A stretch of 64,000 nt of DNA from Phycisphaerales bacterium (GCA_027083355.1 JALWOY010000069.1:7893-71892), one strand, 5' to 3'. Shown: positions 40,295 to 52,700, counted from the stretch's first letter. Notes: a model not told the origin generated them from the sequence alone. Made by a program: numbers and translations.

Positions 40295-42609
40295 ACGACC
40301 GCGCCCCCCCGGCTCCCCGGAAGCCGGGCCCGGATCGCCATCGCGATCAGATTCAGCCCCAGCACCATCGTCACCAGCACGAGCGTCGTTGTCCACACCA
40401 TCGGCCTCGCCGCCTCGGCGTCGGGGCTCTGGAACCCAAGGTTATAGATATGAAACCCCAGGTGCATGAACGTCCGGTCGCCGTGCAAAAAAGGCCACTC
40501 GGCCGTCACCGGAGATTCCGGCGCCAGGTTCACCGCCCCCACCAGCATCAGGGGGGCCACCTCGCCCGCCCCCCGCGCCATCGCCAGGATTGCCCCCGTC
40601 AGCACGCCCGGCAGCGACGCCGGTAGCACGATCCGCCGGATCGTCTGCCATCGGCTCGCCCCGCACCCGAGGCTGCCCTCCCGCATCGACCCCGGCACCG
40701 CCGCGATCGCTTCTTCCGTCGCCACGATCACCACCGGGAGCGTGAGCAACGCGAGCGTCAACGCGGCCCACAAGATGCCGCGCCCCCCGAATGTGGGTTG
40801 CTCGGGGAGTTTCTCGGCGAAGAACCCGTGGAAATAGGGGGTTTTCCAGATGAGATACACCCCGAGACCGACCGCCCCGAGCCACAGGCTCGCCGTGATA
40901 AGGCGGATCATCTTTCCCCATCCACGCTCCGACCCACCCGTTCCTGTGGTGGCCGGCTGCGAGGCAAAGATCCCGAGCACGCCCGCCAGAATCACGAGCA
41001 GACACAACCCGGCGAGCAACGCCCACCACGGCGCCGGCGTCAACGCCGCGACCCCGGGGCCCCCGTCGATATACGCCCCGAGCGTGTAGCAGAAGAACCC
41101 GAGCCCGAACATCCCGTAGACGATGCTCGGCACGCCCGCGAGGTTGTTGATCGCGATGCGGATCGCGCTGGTCACGACCCCCTGGCGCGCATATTCGCGG
41201 AGATAGATCGCCGCGACCACGCCGAGCGGCACCACGCTCACCGTCAGCAGCAGCGTCAGCACCACCGTGCCGACGATCACGGGGAAGATGCCCCCGTCGC
41301 CGGGGCTCTCGCCGGGGGGGCGGGTCAGGAAATCGGCCCACCGGCGCAGGTACAGCCCGAGCCGACCCGTGAACCCGAGCGTATTGACGCGCACGATCCG
41401 GTGCGCCTGCGACAAACGCATCGGCTCGTCGGGCTGTGTCTGGGCCACGGGCGCGAACCGATCCAACCCGGGGTCGACGATCTCGATGCGCACGGTGTCG
41501 TCCTCGGCCTCCAGCCGCCTGATCTCGGCGAGGACGTTGTCGCGTTCCTGTTCCAAACGGGCCCGCTCATCGGCGATCGAATCGAGGCGGTCCGCCAACT
41601 GCTGTGCGCTCAAGCCCGGTCGCGGCCGCTCCAGCACGCCGTAAAGCCCGGCCCCGCACATGAGCACGATCAGGACAAGCAGCACCGCTCTCGCGCCCGG
41701 GCCGGCCCGCCGCGCGACAATGAACACCCCGGCCGCGGACAGGAAGCACACCGCGATGCTCCAACCCCAGAGCGGGCCTTTGGGCCTGCCCTGCGCGGTC
41801 CGATGGATACGCCGCTCGGCCCACTTCAGGTTGTTGAGCCTGTCCTGGATCGCGGGGATTCGGACCTGATGCAGTCTGTTGATCTTCCGGAGACGTTCGC
41901 GTGACCCATCCCACAACGCCGCGACTTTGGCGAGCGTCGCCTCCGGCCCCTCGGCGAGGTAAACGTCACGCTGAATCCGTCGGGTGTCCGCGTTCTCCTC
42001 CACAACCCGCTGGACGGCCCGGCCCGAGCCGAGCGGGGTCTCGGCTTGCATCTGTTCCACGAACGGAACCGAGATCGGTTCGGTGCGTTCCTCTTTCAGC
42101 ACCACGGCGCGGGGCACGCCGATAAAGACACCCCACGCGTCGCGCTCGACGACGACCGCATCATCCGGGCGCTCTCGCGAGACGATCTCGTATCCGGGCA
42201 CCCACCGGAACGGGTCACGCCCGAGGTCGCGGTTGCCGAGGCGGAATCGGAATCGCTCGGCCCGGCCCTCGATCGGCCGGATCGCCCCCTGCTCGACGAG
42301 TTCATCGATGCGTTGTTTGTGCGCCTGATCGGGGGTGAACATCTCGGACCCCATCGGCATGGCGAGAAAGACCTCGCCGGTGCGCGTTGTGACGCGTTCG
42401 ACGGGTCTCGGCCAGAGCGTGGCCAGTCCCGACACCGCGATGAGCACGAGGATCAGCAGCACGCCCCCGAGACAGACGACGAGCGACGCCCCCATGAGCC
42501 AGACGGGCGGCTCGCCGAACGCCGCCGGGGGCGTGGCCGCGCGGTCGTGCGTGCCGGCCGTCTGCCGCGGCGACGGTTGATCGGGTTGAGTCGGGGCTTG
42601 ATGGTTCAC
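40291..42609 (-). CDS. pstA: phosphate ABC transporter permease PstA, unusually long form
   Basis: The C-terminal ~290 aa match PstA (...YLREYA....[21 protein letters not shown]...; ...[21 protein letters not shown]). The proposed GTG start at 42609 overlaps the pstC stop (GTGA); an alternative ATG lies at 42495. The upstream part of the 1059-aa track ORF is rejected. Confidence 0.8.
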   Translation of the reverse strand: MNHQAPTQPDQPSPRQTAGTHDRAATPPAAFGEPPVWLMGASLVVCLGGVLLILVLIAVSGLATLWPRPVERVTTRTGEVFLAMPMGSEMFTPDQAHKQRIDELVEQGAIRPIEGRAERFRFRLGNRDLGRDPFRWVPGYEIVSRERPDDAVVVERDAWGVFIGVPRAVVLKEERTEPISVPFVEQMQAETPLGSGRAVQRVVEENADTRRIQRDVYLAEGPEATLAKVAALWDGSRERLRKINRLHQVRIPAIQDRLNNLKWAERRIHRTAQGRPKGPLWGWSIAVCFLSAAGVFIVARRAGPGARAVLLVLIVLMCGAGLYGVLERPRPGLSAQQLADRLDSIADERARLEQERDNVLAEIRRLEAEDDTVRIEIVDPGLDRFAPVAQTQPDEPMRLSQAHRIVRVNTLGFTGRLGLYLRRWADFLTRPPGESPGDGGIFPVIVGTVVLTLLLTVSVVPLGVVAAIYLREYARQGVVTSAIRIAINNLAGVPSIVYGMFGLGFFCYTLGAYIDGGPGVAALTPAPWWALLAGLCLLVILAGVLGIFASQPATTGTGGSERGWGKMIRLITASLWLGAVGLGVYLIWKTPYFHGFFAEKLPEQPTFGGRGILWAALTLALLTLPVVIVATEEAIAAVPGSMREGSLGCGASRWQTIRRIVLPASLPGVLTGAILAMARGAGEVAPLMLVGAVNLAPESPVTAEWPFLHGDRTFMHLGFHIYNLGFQSPDAEAARPMVWTTTLVLVTMVLGLNLIAMAIRARLPGSRGGAVV

Positions 42610-45146
42610 AGGGCCGCGTTCCGTTTCCGGAAGTGCTGGCGGACGACTTCCGCGGTTGTGTTGATGACGAGGGTCATGGCGAAGAGGACCAGCCCGCAGA
42701 GAAAGAGCACGCGGTAGTGCGTGCCGCCTGCGGGCGCCTCGGGCAGTTCGACGGCGATGTTTGCGGCGAGGGTCCGGAACCCGGAGAAGATGTTCATCGA
42801 CATCTCGGGCGTGTTCCCGGTCGCCATGAGGACGATCATGGTTTCGCCGACGGCGCGCCCCAGCCCGATCATGACCGCGCTGAAGACCCCGCTGCCGGCG
42901 ACGGGGAGGACAACGCGCAGCGCCGTCTGCCACGGCGTGGCGCCGACACCCAGCGAAGCCGACCGGAGCCGATTCGGCACGGCGTGGATCGCGTCCTCGC
43001 TGATGGTGTAGATGATGGGGACGACCGCGACGCCCATGATCAGCCCGACGACGAGCGTGTTGCGCTGGCTGTACGGACCGAAGATCGAATGCCGGGGATC
43101 GAACCCCGCCGAGTCGAGCGCAGAGGCCAGCCCGTAGGCGAGGCCGAGCGAAACGGCGAGATTGCCAAGCAGCCGGCCCAGTTCGATCAGGTATGCCCAA
43201 CGGGCGGGTGCGTCCCGCGAGAGCCGACGCCACACCGGGCCGAGCACGACCGTGTCGATGATCAGCAGGATCGCGATCACGGGCAGAAGCAGCACCACGA
43301 ACCACCCGGGGGCCGCGGGGCCGGTGCCCTCGTTGAGCCAGGCGATGATCGACCCGCCCCCGGCCTGCCCGAACAGATTGTGTTCGAGCAGGGTCCCGGC
43401 TGGGATCGAGACGGCCGCCCCGAGCAGGACCGCCGCGGCGATCAGCGCAAGCCGTCCCGCGCGTCCCCATTCGGTGCGTGACCCGCCCCGCGCCGCTCTC
43501 CAGGCGTGCGCCGCGAACACGATGGTCAGCGGGCCGACGAGCGCGAACGCCATCAGCCGGGGGAGCTGATCGCGCACATAGGGCGCGACGACCATGGCCG
43601 CGATGAACCCGAGCACGACCGACGGGAGCGAGGCCAGCAGCTCGATCGTGGGTTTGACGTACCGCCGCACGTCGCGGTGCAGGAACTCGCTCGAATAGAT
43701 CGCCGCGAGCACCGCGAGCGGGATCGCCACGATCATCGCGACAACGGTCGCTTTCATTGTGCCGAAGATCAGCGGGATGAGGCTGAACTTGGGCTCGGCC
43801 TGTGTCGATCCGGTCGATTGGTACACATACGCCGGCTCGTCGTACCCCTCGTAGAGCACCTTGCCGAACAGCGTGCGCATCGAGACCTCGGCGTATCCCG
43901 GTACGACCGAGGTCACCGCGGCGAGGCCCGCATCATCGATCACGAACACGGCACGCGAATCGGGCGAAGCGGCCGCGAGCGCGACGGGGCGGGCGTGCCC
44001 GGCGTCGACCGGGGGGATATGCACGATGATCTTGTCGCTCAGGATGTTGTACATCACCGCCGAGCCGTCTTCGAAACCGACCATCATGGTGCGGTCGCGG
44101 TCGCCGGGTCTGATCGACGTGACGGGGGCTTCCCCCAAGGTCCGCCGGCGGATGAACCTCGGGCGGCCGGCGCGGACCACCCAGCCCGAGACCCCGCCAC
44201 GCCCGTCGCCCAACAACAGGGTCTCGGACCCGAGAAGCATCGCCGCGACCGTGATCGGCTCGCCCGTCTCGACGAGCCGGACGTCGGAGGATTCTGATAA
44301 ACGGTCCCGCACGCCCAGCGTGCCGTCACGCCAGACCGCGGCGGCCCAGTTGCCCGATCCCGACGCGAACACCCACCCCGGCGGCTCCGGCTTGTCGATC
44401 GGCGTGGGGTCGTCGAGCGAGAGCCGATAGCGGACGGTTCCCACGCCGAGCGCCCGCCGCCCGGTGAGCACGCCGGTGATGATCCCGTCTTCAGTCGCCG
44501 CGGCGACGTACCGCTTGAGGCGGGTCTTGCCGCGTGTGTCGACGGCGGCGGCACCTTCGATGGGCTTGAACCGGCCGATCCGTTCGGCGGTGAGGGTCCA
44601 GCGTTTGCAGCCGGTGTCGTCGCATTGCAGGTATTGCGAGGGGTCTTCACTGCGGGCGAGGCCTGTTTCCGTTGCGGAGTTCGGCGTCGCCGGTTTCCAG
44701 CCGAGCACGGCGCGGACGATCTCGAAACTGCCATCGTCGCGGGTGAGTGTGAGCCATCCCTCGCCGGACTCGACCCGGACCGAGGCCGGTGCTCCCCCGC
44801 CCTTCAGCGCCGGGGTCCGGGCGAGCACCTCGCCGCCGTCGATGGCGTGAACGCGGAAGAAACCGTCGCGTTCGAGCGTGACGAATCGGTCGAACGCGGG
44901 ATCGACCGCGAGCCAGAGGGGGGCGGGGGTTTCGGGTTTGAAGCGTGCCCGTTCACCCAGAACACGCCCGCCCAAAAACAGCGGGTAGGCGCTCCAGACA
45001 AGGAACGCGAGCAGGCCGAGCATCGTCAGCAACACCGCCAGGCCGCCGGAACGGATCAACATCGCGGCGGCGCGGTCTTCGATGCGCACCCAAGGCGACG
45101 TGCGGCGTCCCGCCGAAGCATCGTGCCCGGGGGTTGGTGTGGTCAT
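42606..45146 (-). CDS. pstC: phosphate ABC transporter permease PstC, unusually long form with a large periplasmic insert
   Basis: The C-terminal ~330 aa match PstC (...IPLIFGTMKATVVAMIVAIPLAVLAAIYSSEF...; ...ASLGVGATPWQTALRVVLP). An insert of about 400 aa follows TM1. Confidence 0.85.
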   Translation of the reverse strand: MTTPTPGHDASAGRRTSPWVRIEDRAAAMLIRSGGLAVLLTMLGLLAFLVWSAYPLFLGGRVLGERARFKPETPAPLWLAVDPAFDRFVTLERDGFFRVHAIDGGEVLARTPALKGGGAPASVRVESGEGWLTLTRDDGSFEIVRAVLGWKPATPNSATETGLARSEDPSQYLQCDDTGCKRWTLTAERIGRFKPIEGAAAVDTRGKTRLKRYVAAATEDGIITGVLTGRRALGVGTVRYRLSLDDPTPIDKPEPPGWVFASGSGNWAAAVWRDGTLGVRDRLSESSDVRLVETGEPITVAAMLLGSETLLLGDGRGGVSGWVVRAGRPRFIRRRTLGEAPVTSIRPGDRDRTMMVGFEDGSAVMYNILSDKIIVHIPPVDAGHARPVALAAASPDSRAVFVIDDAGLAAVTSVVPGYAEVSMRTLFGKVLYEGYDEPAYVYQSTGSTQAEPKFSLIPLIFGTMKATVVAMIVAIPLAVLAAIYSSEFLHRDVRRYVKPTIELLASLPSVVLGFIAAMVVAPYVRDQLPRLMAFALVGPLTIVFAAHAWRAARGGSRTEWGRAGRLALIAAAVLLGAAVSIPAGTLLEHNLFGQAGGGSIIAWLNEGTGPAAPGWFVVLLLPVIAILLIIDTVVLGPVWRRLSRDAPARWAYLIELGRLLGNLAVSLGLAYGLASALDSAGFDPRHSIFGPYSQRNTLVVGLIMGVAVVPIIYTISEDAIHAVPNRLRSASLGVGATPWQTALRVVLPVAGSGVFSAVMIGLGRAVGETMIVLMATGNTPEMSMNIFSGFRTLAANIAVELPEAPAGGTHYRVLFLCGLVLFAMTLVINTTAEVVRQHFRKRNAAL

Positions 45147-45206
45147 CTCCGCGTCCGCCCCGTCATGTTGACTCCTCGGACAGGCCCGTGCTGTCGGCCG
45201 CGTGCC

Positions 45207-46184
45207 TCAGAACCCCGGCTCGATACCGACGCGTTCGAGTTCCTTCCTCGCGATGTCCGCGGAGATCGGGAACGCGCCGTCCTTGACCACGGCCTCCTGC
45301 CCTTCGCGCGAGAAGATGAACCGGATGAACTCCCTTCGGAGCGGATCGAGCGGCTTCTGCTTGTCGTAGTTCAGATAGAGATAGAGAAAACGGGCGACGG
45401 GGTAATCGCCGGTATAAGCCGCCTCCATCGTCGGCGGGGCCGGGGTCTCGCCCTCTTCGTAACTCAGCGGGACTTCACGCACATCCGGGGTCTGGTAGCC
45501 GATGCCCGAATAGCCGATGGCGGTAACATCACGGGAGACGGCGTTGACCACGCCCGCCGACCCGGGGCTTTCCTGAACGGTGGGCTTGTAGTCGTGCCCA
45601 CCGCAGGCGACCTTCTTGAAATACTTGTACGTCCCCGACGCGGAGTTGCGCCCGGTGAGCGTGATCGGGCGGTCGCGCCACGCGGGGTCGGTCAAGCCGA
45701 CGTCGCCCCATGTCATCTTTTCGGGGCCGGCGACGGAGAAGATCTGCTCGACCTGCGCGAGTGTGAGCGACTCGATCGGGTTGTCCTTGTTGACATAGAC
45801 GGCGATGCAGTCGATCGCCACTCGCAGCCCGGTGGGCTTGTGGCCGAACTGATCGACGAATCGGTCGATCTCTTCTTCCTCCATCTGGCGGGACATCGGG
45901 CCGAACTGCGATTGCCTTTTCAGCAGCGCGGGCGGGGCGGTGGACGACCCCTTGCCCTCGACCTGCACCCGTACCGAGGGGTGCACGGCGCGGAACCGGC
46001 TCGCCCAGAGCTGCATGAGATTCACCATCGTGTCGGACCCGACGCTGCGGAGGTTGCCCCCGACGGTCTCCCGCGGTTCGTACTTCGGCAACGCCGGGTC
46101 GACCTCCACGCCGACGGCGTTCACAACCGAGGCGGCCGTCAACAGGCCCGCCGCGAGAACCGCGATTCGTGCGCAAATGTTCAT
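45207..46184 (-). CDS. pstS: phosphate ABC transporter substrate-binding protein (PstS family)
   Basis: Signal peptide, then ...GSDTMVNLMQLWA..F...HP.V.V.V.GKGSSTAP.ALL... and ...SGTY.YF.... Confidence 0.88.
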   Translation of the reverse strand: MNICARIAVLAAGLLTAASVVNAVGVEVDPALPKYEPRETVGGNLRSVGSDTMVNLMQLWASRFRAVHPSVRVQVEGKGSSTAPPALLKRQSQFGPMSRQMEEEEIDRFVDQFGHKPTGLRVAIDCIAVYVNKDNPIESLTLAQVEQIFSVAGPEKMTWGDVGLTDPAWRDRPITLTGRNSASGTYKYFKKVACGGHDYKPTVQESPGSAGVVNAVSRDVTAIGYSGIGYQTPDVREVPLSYEEGETPAPPTMEAAYTGDYPVARFLYLYLNYDKQKPLDPLRREFIRFIFSREGQEAVVKDGAFPISADIARKELERVGIEPGF

Positions 46185-46258
46185 CGTTCCGCCCTTCCGG
46201 CTTCGGATATCTCGGGTGCGATCGGCGTTCGCCGGTGCTCGGGCGGATCGTAACGATG

Positions 46259-46786
46259 TCAGCGTCCCGCGCCAACGCGGATCGTCGCCGTACCGGTGCT
46301 GAATACCCGTTCATTTGACGCATCCACGGTGAAGATTGCGCGAAGACTGGCCGGGCGGGACGGCATCCGCTCCCGGCGCGGGTCCATGCGGAGCATGAAG
46401 CGGTAGTTCGCCCCGGCCTCGGATTCACCGAGCGCCTCGGCGGTCTCGCCGGGGGGGAAGATCCAGTGCCCGAGCCGCTCGCCGTCGAGGCCGTCGAGGA
46501 AGAACTCGAATGAACCTTTCGCCTTGATCGGCAGGGCGTACCGCCGGGTGTCGCCGAACAGGTAGACCACCACGGGGATGGTGTCGGGGTAGTTGTTCCC
46601 GTCGGTGTCGGACGCCACCCCGGCCGACAGCATCATCTGCACCGGTTTGATCCCCGCGGGTTGCGCGGGTCGGCGTACGGCGTGGGTCTCACGCGCCGGG
46701 GCGACGGCCCTTGTTTCTGTGACGCACCCCGAAGCCGAGACCAACACCCCCAACACGGCCGGAAGAATTAGCACACGAGTGTTCAA
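46259..46786 (-). CDS. small lipoprotein translationally coupled to the giant secretin (candidate pilotin/accessory factor)
   Basis: TTG start at 46786 overlaps the secretin TGA (cc-TTGA-ac). (M)NTRVLILPAVLGVLVSASGC is a lipobox. The mature part has beta-rich character. Confidence 0.6.
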   Translation of the reverse strand: MNTRVLILPAVLGVLVSASGCVTETRAVAPARETHAVRRPAQPAGIKPVQMMLSAGVASDTDGNNYPDTIPVVVYLFGDTRRYALPIKAKGSFEFFLDGLDGERLGHWIFPPGETAEALGESEAGANYRFMLRMDPRRERMPSRPASLRAIFTVDASNERVFSTGTATIRVGAGR

Positions 46787-49700
46787 GGTTCACCCCCGTC
46801 GGGTTCACGGGTGTCGCCCATCGGTTCCGGCTCCAGCATCGGCGGGGTGTCGCCCCCGTCGGGGACCGGCCCGCCCGGAAGGAATCGCTTGCCCTGTTCG
46901 ATCGAGTCCTGCACGCGGGTGGAATCGTCGAGTGAGTCGAGGGCGTTGTCAAGAATGCGCCCCTGGAGCTGCGACGACGCCGGCTCGTCGCCCGGGATGA
47001 CCACGGGGCGGAGCACCACGAGCAGCTCGGTCTTGACGTTGTTCCGCGTGCTGGACTTGAACAACTCGCCCACGAGCGGGATATCGCCCAGCAGCGGGAT
47101 TTTCCACACGCGCTGCTCGCCCGTGGTTTGGATCAGCCCGCCGATGACCACGGTCTGTCCGTCGCGCACCGTCACGGTGGTGTCCACGCGGCGCTGCGTG
47201 ATGATCGGGCTCTCGAAGTTCGCGTCGATCTGCGTCGTCCGGGCGCTCACCGACGAGATCTCCGGGGCGATGTCCATGCGCACGAACCCGTCCGGCGAGA
47301 TCGAGGGCGTCACGTTCAGGATGATGCCGACGTCCTGCCGCTCCGTCACCGCCGAGACGCGGTCCTGGAACTGGTTGCTCCCGGTGACGATGCTCACGTT
47401 CTCGCCCACCTGGATCATCGCCTGCTCGTTGTTGTTGACCGTCACCTGCGGGCGGCTCAGCACCTCCAGCTTGCCCTGCACCTCGAGGGCCCGGATGAGC
47501 AGGTTGAAATCGGTGCTCGACACCGAGAAGTTGGGCACGCCCAGCGCCGTCGCCGCCCCGGCGCCCGCGGCGAGCTTGTTGAACACGTACCCGTCGCCGC
47601 CGATCCTGCTCGTGGAGACATCCAGCCCGACGTTGAAATCCAGCCCCCACTCGGAGGTGTCGTCGAGCGTCACCTCCGCCAGCAGGACCTGGATCATCAC
47701 CTGCGGCGGCGAGGCGTCCAGCTCGGCGATGATCCGCTTGACCGTCTCGATATACCGGGGCGACGCCGACACGAGCACCTTGTTCGATTTCTCGTCGCCG
47801 ACGACCGTGACCTCCTGCTCGAGCTGCCTCGCCAGCGAGCCGGTCAGGTTCGGGCCCAGCACGCTGCGGCGCAGCTCGGCCTCGCCGCGGAAGTAATCCA
47901 TCAGCACCGTCTGGATCTCGGACGCCTGCGCGTTCTTCAGCGAATACACCAGCTGCTCACGCTCGTTGGCGTCGATGCTGTCGAGACCCTCGACCACCTC
48001 ACGCACCTGTTCCAGATACTCCTTCGTCCCCGAGACCAGCAGCGTGTTCGTCCGGCGGTCGATCGTGATCGCGAGCGCCTGCCGCATGTCGGGCACCGGT
48101 GTGAACATCCCCGTCTCGCCGAACCCCGTCTCGCCGCCCGGCTGGTTCTGCTGATCGTCTCGGTTTTCCTCCTGCCTCGGCACGAGCACCAGCCGGTCGC
48201 CCTGCTGCTGGAGGTTGAACAGATCCCGCAGCAGCAACGCCATCTGCTGGGCGTCGGCGTTCTTGAGCCGGTACTGCGCGATCTCGCGGTCGCCCGAGGT
48301 CTCCTCGTCGAGATCGCGGATGATGTCCTCGATCAGCGTCATGATCGCCTCCGGGGCCGACACCATCACCGAGTTCGTGCGCAGATCCGGGGTCATCCGC
48401 ACCTGCTCACGCACGGCCGCGTCGATCGTCGCCTCGGTGGCGCCCTCCTCGAACTCGCCCTCGAGCTTCTTGCGGTAGAACCGCATCTTGACGGCCTGGG
48501 CGCCGCCCCGGCCGCCGGCGATCGGGCGACCCGCGAGCACCCGCTCAACGAGCCGGACCATCTCGACCGCGTTGGCCGCCCGCAGCTGGATGCGTTTGAC
48601 CTCCTGAACCGTCTCGGCCTCGGGCTGGTCGAGTTGTTCGACGAGGTCGCGGATCGCGGCGATGTCGTCGTCCGTCCCGCTGACCAGCAGCGCGTTCTGC
48701 CGCTCGTTGGCGATCACGCTGACCGACTGCCGCCCCCGCTTCTCGTTCTCACGCCGGACGTACAGCTCGTTGATCGACTTGGCCAAATCGGCCGCCCCGC
48801 CGGGCGACTCGACCGGGATCAACTCGACGCGCTCGGCCTCGGCGAACCCCTCCCCGCCGGCGGTCATCGCGTCGATCAGCTCGTGCACCAGTTGCAGGTT
48901 CTCGTCGCTCGCGGCCACGATCAGCAGGTCGTCCGACGGCACCGCCTCGATGCTGAACGCGTCGAGCGGGTTGTCCACCCCGCCCCGGCTGCGCTGGGCG
49001 CGGATCCGCTCGGTCATCAGCCGTCGGATCTTCGGCGCCAGGTCCGCCACGTCCGCGCCCGGCACGGGCACGACATGCAGCCCGACGGCGAAACGCGCCT
49101 CGTCGCGGTCGAGCGTCTCGATCAGTTTCTCGAGCACCGCGAAGCTCCGCGGGCTGGTCGAGACGATCAACGCGTTCGTGCGCGCATCGACGGACATGAT
49201 CAGCCGGTCCTCGGGGCGGGCCGTGGTCTGTTTGGCACGCTCGTCGAAGATGTCGCGCACGACCCCCGCGACCCGGTCGGCCGAGGCGTGTTCGAGCGGG
49301 ATCACCCGCACCGAGTTGTCCGCCGCCGCTTTCTCGACATCCAGCTGCTTGACCAGTGTGCGCACGACCTCGATGTTCGTCGGCGTGCCGACGACGACCA
49401 ACGCGTTGAGTTCCTCCTCCGGGGTGATGACGAGCCCGGACATCGGCGCGAACAGATCGCTCGGCACGGTCTTGACGCCGGCGGGCTCCCCGTCGTCCTC
49501 GATGACGAGCCGGAGCCGGCCGATCTGCTTGCGAAGCCCGATCGCGTCGGGCGTGGCGCCCAGCCCGCGAACGAGCACCTCGTCGAGCTTCTTCGACAGC
49601 GTGACCGCGTCGGCGTATTGCAGCGGGACGATCTCCGCCTCGATCCAGCCGCGGTCGGCCGTGTCGCTGTCCATGTTCTGCACCAGCACCTCGACGAGCG

Positions 49701-52700
49701 CGATGGCCTCCTCGCGCCCGGCGACGATCAGCGAGTTCGTACGCTCATCGACCGACACCGCGACGTCGCCGCGGAGGGCCTTGCCCGTCTCGGTGGACGG
49801 GCTGCCCTGCCGGCGCGTGCCGGGCAACCGGCTGAGGGCCTCGCCCTTGCGGAAGAGTTCCTCGATGATGCGCTGCACGCGTGACGCCGACGCGTTCTCG
49901 AGCGGGAAGATCCGCACGACCACGGCGTCGCCCAGCGGCAGCTTGTCGAACAGCGGCACGATCGCCTGCATCGCCTCCACGTTTTCCGGCGTCGACGCGA
50001 TCAGCACCGAGTTCGTCTGGGTGTCGGCGGTGAGCTTGATGGGCACGGACAGGTCGAGCGAGACGCCCTTGTTGTCGAACACGCCCTCGACCAGCGAGAG
50101 CCGACGCACCTGCTCGGCCAGCGCCGCCGCCGGTTCGGTCTTGCCGTCCGCGGGCATCGGGCGCAGCAGCCCGTCGAGCAGCGGCACGAGCCGGGAGGCA
50201 TCGGCGAGCTTCAGCGGGACGATCGCCAGCGACTGCGCCGCCTCGATCTCGACCGAATCGAGCCTTTCGATGAGCGCCCCCACCGTCTTGAGATCCATCG
50301 GCCCGGCGACCACCGCGACGGCCCGCCGGGTCTTCATCGGGACGACCCGGATCGGCTCGCCGACGATGCCGGGCCGGTCCGCCGGCTGCGGGCCGGTCAG
50401 CCCCAGCCTCGTGAGCAGGCCCGCCATCGACTCGGGCGAGGTGTGCTTGAGTTCGAACACGCCCACGCTCTGCCCGACGCCGGGGGTCGGGAGTTCTTCT
50501 TCGCTCTTTTCGCCGGTGTCCTGTTGATCGGCCTCGTCCGATCCGTCGAGATCACGGGCCAGGGCCTCGATCTGCTTGTGCAGTTCCTCGCTCGCGGCGA
50601 CAACCAGGGCGTTGGAATCGCGGTCGACCTCGATCGTCAGCGTCTCGCCGCGTTTCTGGGCCATGGGGGAGAAAATGTTGACCAGCATCGAACGCAGCCG
50701 GGCCGCGGGGAGGCGGTGCAACCGAACGATGCGCGGGGTGGCCCCCGCCCCTTCACCCGCCGCCATCAGCGACTCGGCCAGTTCGCGGATCTGATCGAAC
50801 GATGCTTCCTCGGCCCGGACGATCAGCACGCCCGCGTCGTCGTCGCCCACGATCACCGTCCGGCTCGTCGACCCGCGGCGGGTGGTGCTGAGGAAGACGG
50901 ACCGCACCCGGTCCGCGAGCACGCTCGGGCGGATCGTCCCCGTGACGGGGATCAGCCTCGCCTCGGCCAGCCGCTGGAACTCGGGGACATCGATCTGCTG
51001 AACGATCTTCTCGATCCGCTCGATCTCCTTGCGGCTGGCGAAGACGATCAGGGTGTTTGTCGCGGGCTCGGCCGACACGCTGGGGGTTTCCTCGGCGCTG
51101 ACGAGCACCGCGGGGGCCTCGTTTTCTTCCCGCTGCCGGCCCGAGCGCCGGCTTGTCCGGGTGCGCTCGTTCTTGAGGCGCTCCCGCTGGATCTCCTGTT
51201 CGAGCGGGGCGCGGAAGCCCTCGTTGAGCGCCCGGGCCACACTCTCCGCGTCGGCGTGCTTGAGCGCGATCAGCACGAGCTGGCGGGACGTGTCGTACGC
51301 CGGCGTGTCGAGCCTTTCGAGCAGGGCGCGGATGTCTTCGAACACCGACTCGTCACCGGTGATCAGCAGCGTGTTGGCCGTCTGGTCGGCGATGATCGTC
51401 ACGTTGCGTTCGTTCTCGCCGCGGGCCTCGGGGGCGCCGGACCCGTAGAACACGCCGAGGGCTTTGCGGACCGCATCGGCCCGGGCGTATTCGAGCTTGA
51501 CGAACTCGGTCCGCCTCGTCGTGGGCTGCGGGGTGTCCAGCTGCGAGATCATCTCTTCGATGAAGCCCATCTCGTCGGGCGAGGCCGTCACGCTCAGCAC
51601 GTTGCTGTTGAGGGAATAGTCGATGCTGGGCCTCGCCACGCCCGCCGCACGCGGTCGGTTGGACAGCATGTTCCGCAGGATGATCGCCGTGTCGATCGCC
51701 TCGGCGTGGACCAGTTCGAACCGCTTGAACTCGATCGGCGACTGCACCGCGGCCGTGTCCAGCTCCTTGACCTGATCCATCACGAGTTGCACGGCGTCGT
51801 CGGACCCGGTCAGCAGCAGCGCGTTGCTCCGCGCGACGGGCGTGATCTTGACCTTTACGCCCTGCGGGAGCGCCGCGAGCAGGCTCTGCGCGACGTCCGC
51901 CGCCCTCGCCGATTCGAGCGGGACGGTGACGATGCTCGACGACGCCTCGTCGGCCACCTGGTCCAGCTCCGTCAGCAGCGTCTCGATCTGCTCGAACGCG
52001 CGGTCCGGGGCCGACACGATCAACGCCCCCCGGCTGGGCTGTGGCGTGACGACGACGCGTTCCTCAGCCGGGCCGCGGGACGGGAACATCGCCCGCAACG
52101 TCGTCGCCACCTCGCGCACGTCGCTGTTAGACAGTGTGTAGACCTCGATCCGGCGGTCCTTGCTCGTCTCGGGCTGGTCGATCTGGGCGACCAGGTCCCG
52201 CAGCACGGGCATCTCATCCGGCGGGGCGCTGACGATCAGCAGGTTCCCCTCACGCGAGCCGATGATCGCCACCGAATCGGGCCGCTTCTGCTCGGCCCGC
52301 GCCTTGCCGCGGAAGAACCGCGTCAGGCTGTTGGCCGCACGTGACGCCTCGGCGTACTTCAGCCGGATCGATTCGATCACCTGCCCCTCGGCCCCGCCGG
52401 CGTTGTCGATCGTGGCGATGTATTCGGCCGCCTGCTCGACATTCGCCTGCTCGCCGATCAGCAGCACGAGCCGGCGGTCGCGGTCGACCTCCACCTGCAC
52501 CTGCTTCGGGTCGCGTCCCTGCCACCAGCGCCAGCCGGGCGTGGCCGTGATCGACTCGATCAGCCGCTCGATCGCGCTCAGATCGCCCTTCTCGACCATG
52601 ACGGCCTTGACGACCATCTTCGTGTTGTCGGCCGAGGGCTGGTCGAGTTCCTTGATGACCTGCTCGACCGTGTCGAGGATCTCGCCCTCGCCGAAGACGA

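Noticed and set aside
42610-43470. N-terminal 287 codons of the 1,059-aa track ORF for pstA
   Set aside because: This stretch lies inside pstC in another frame and is Arg/Gly/Pro-rich. A GTG that overlaps the pstC stop and precedes the first TM segment is a more plausible start.
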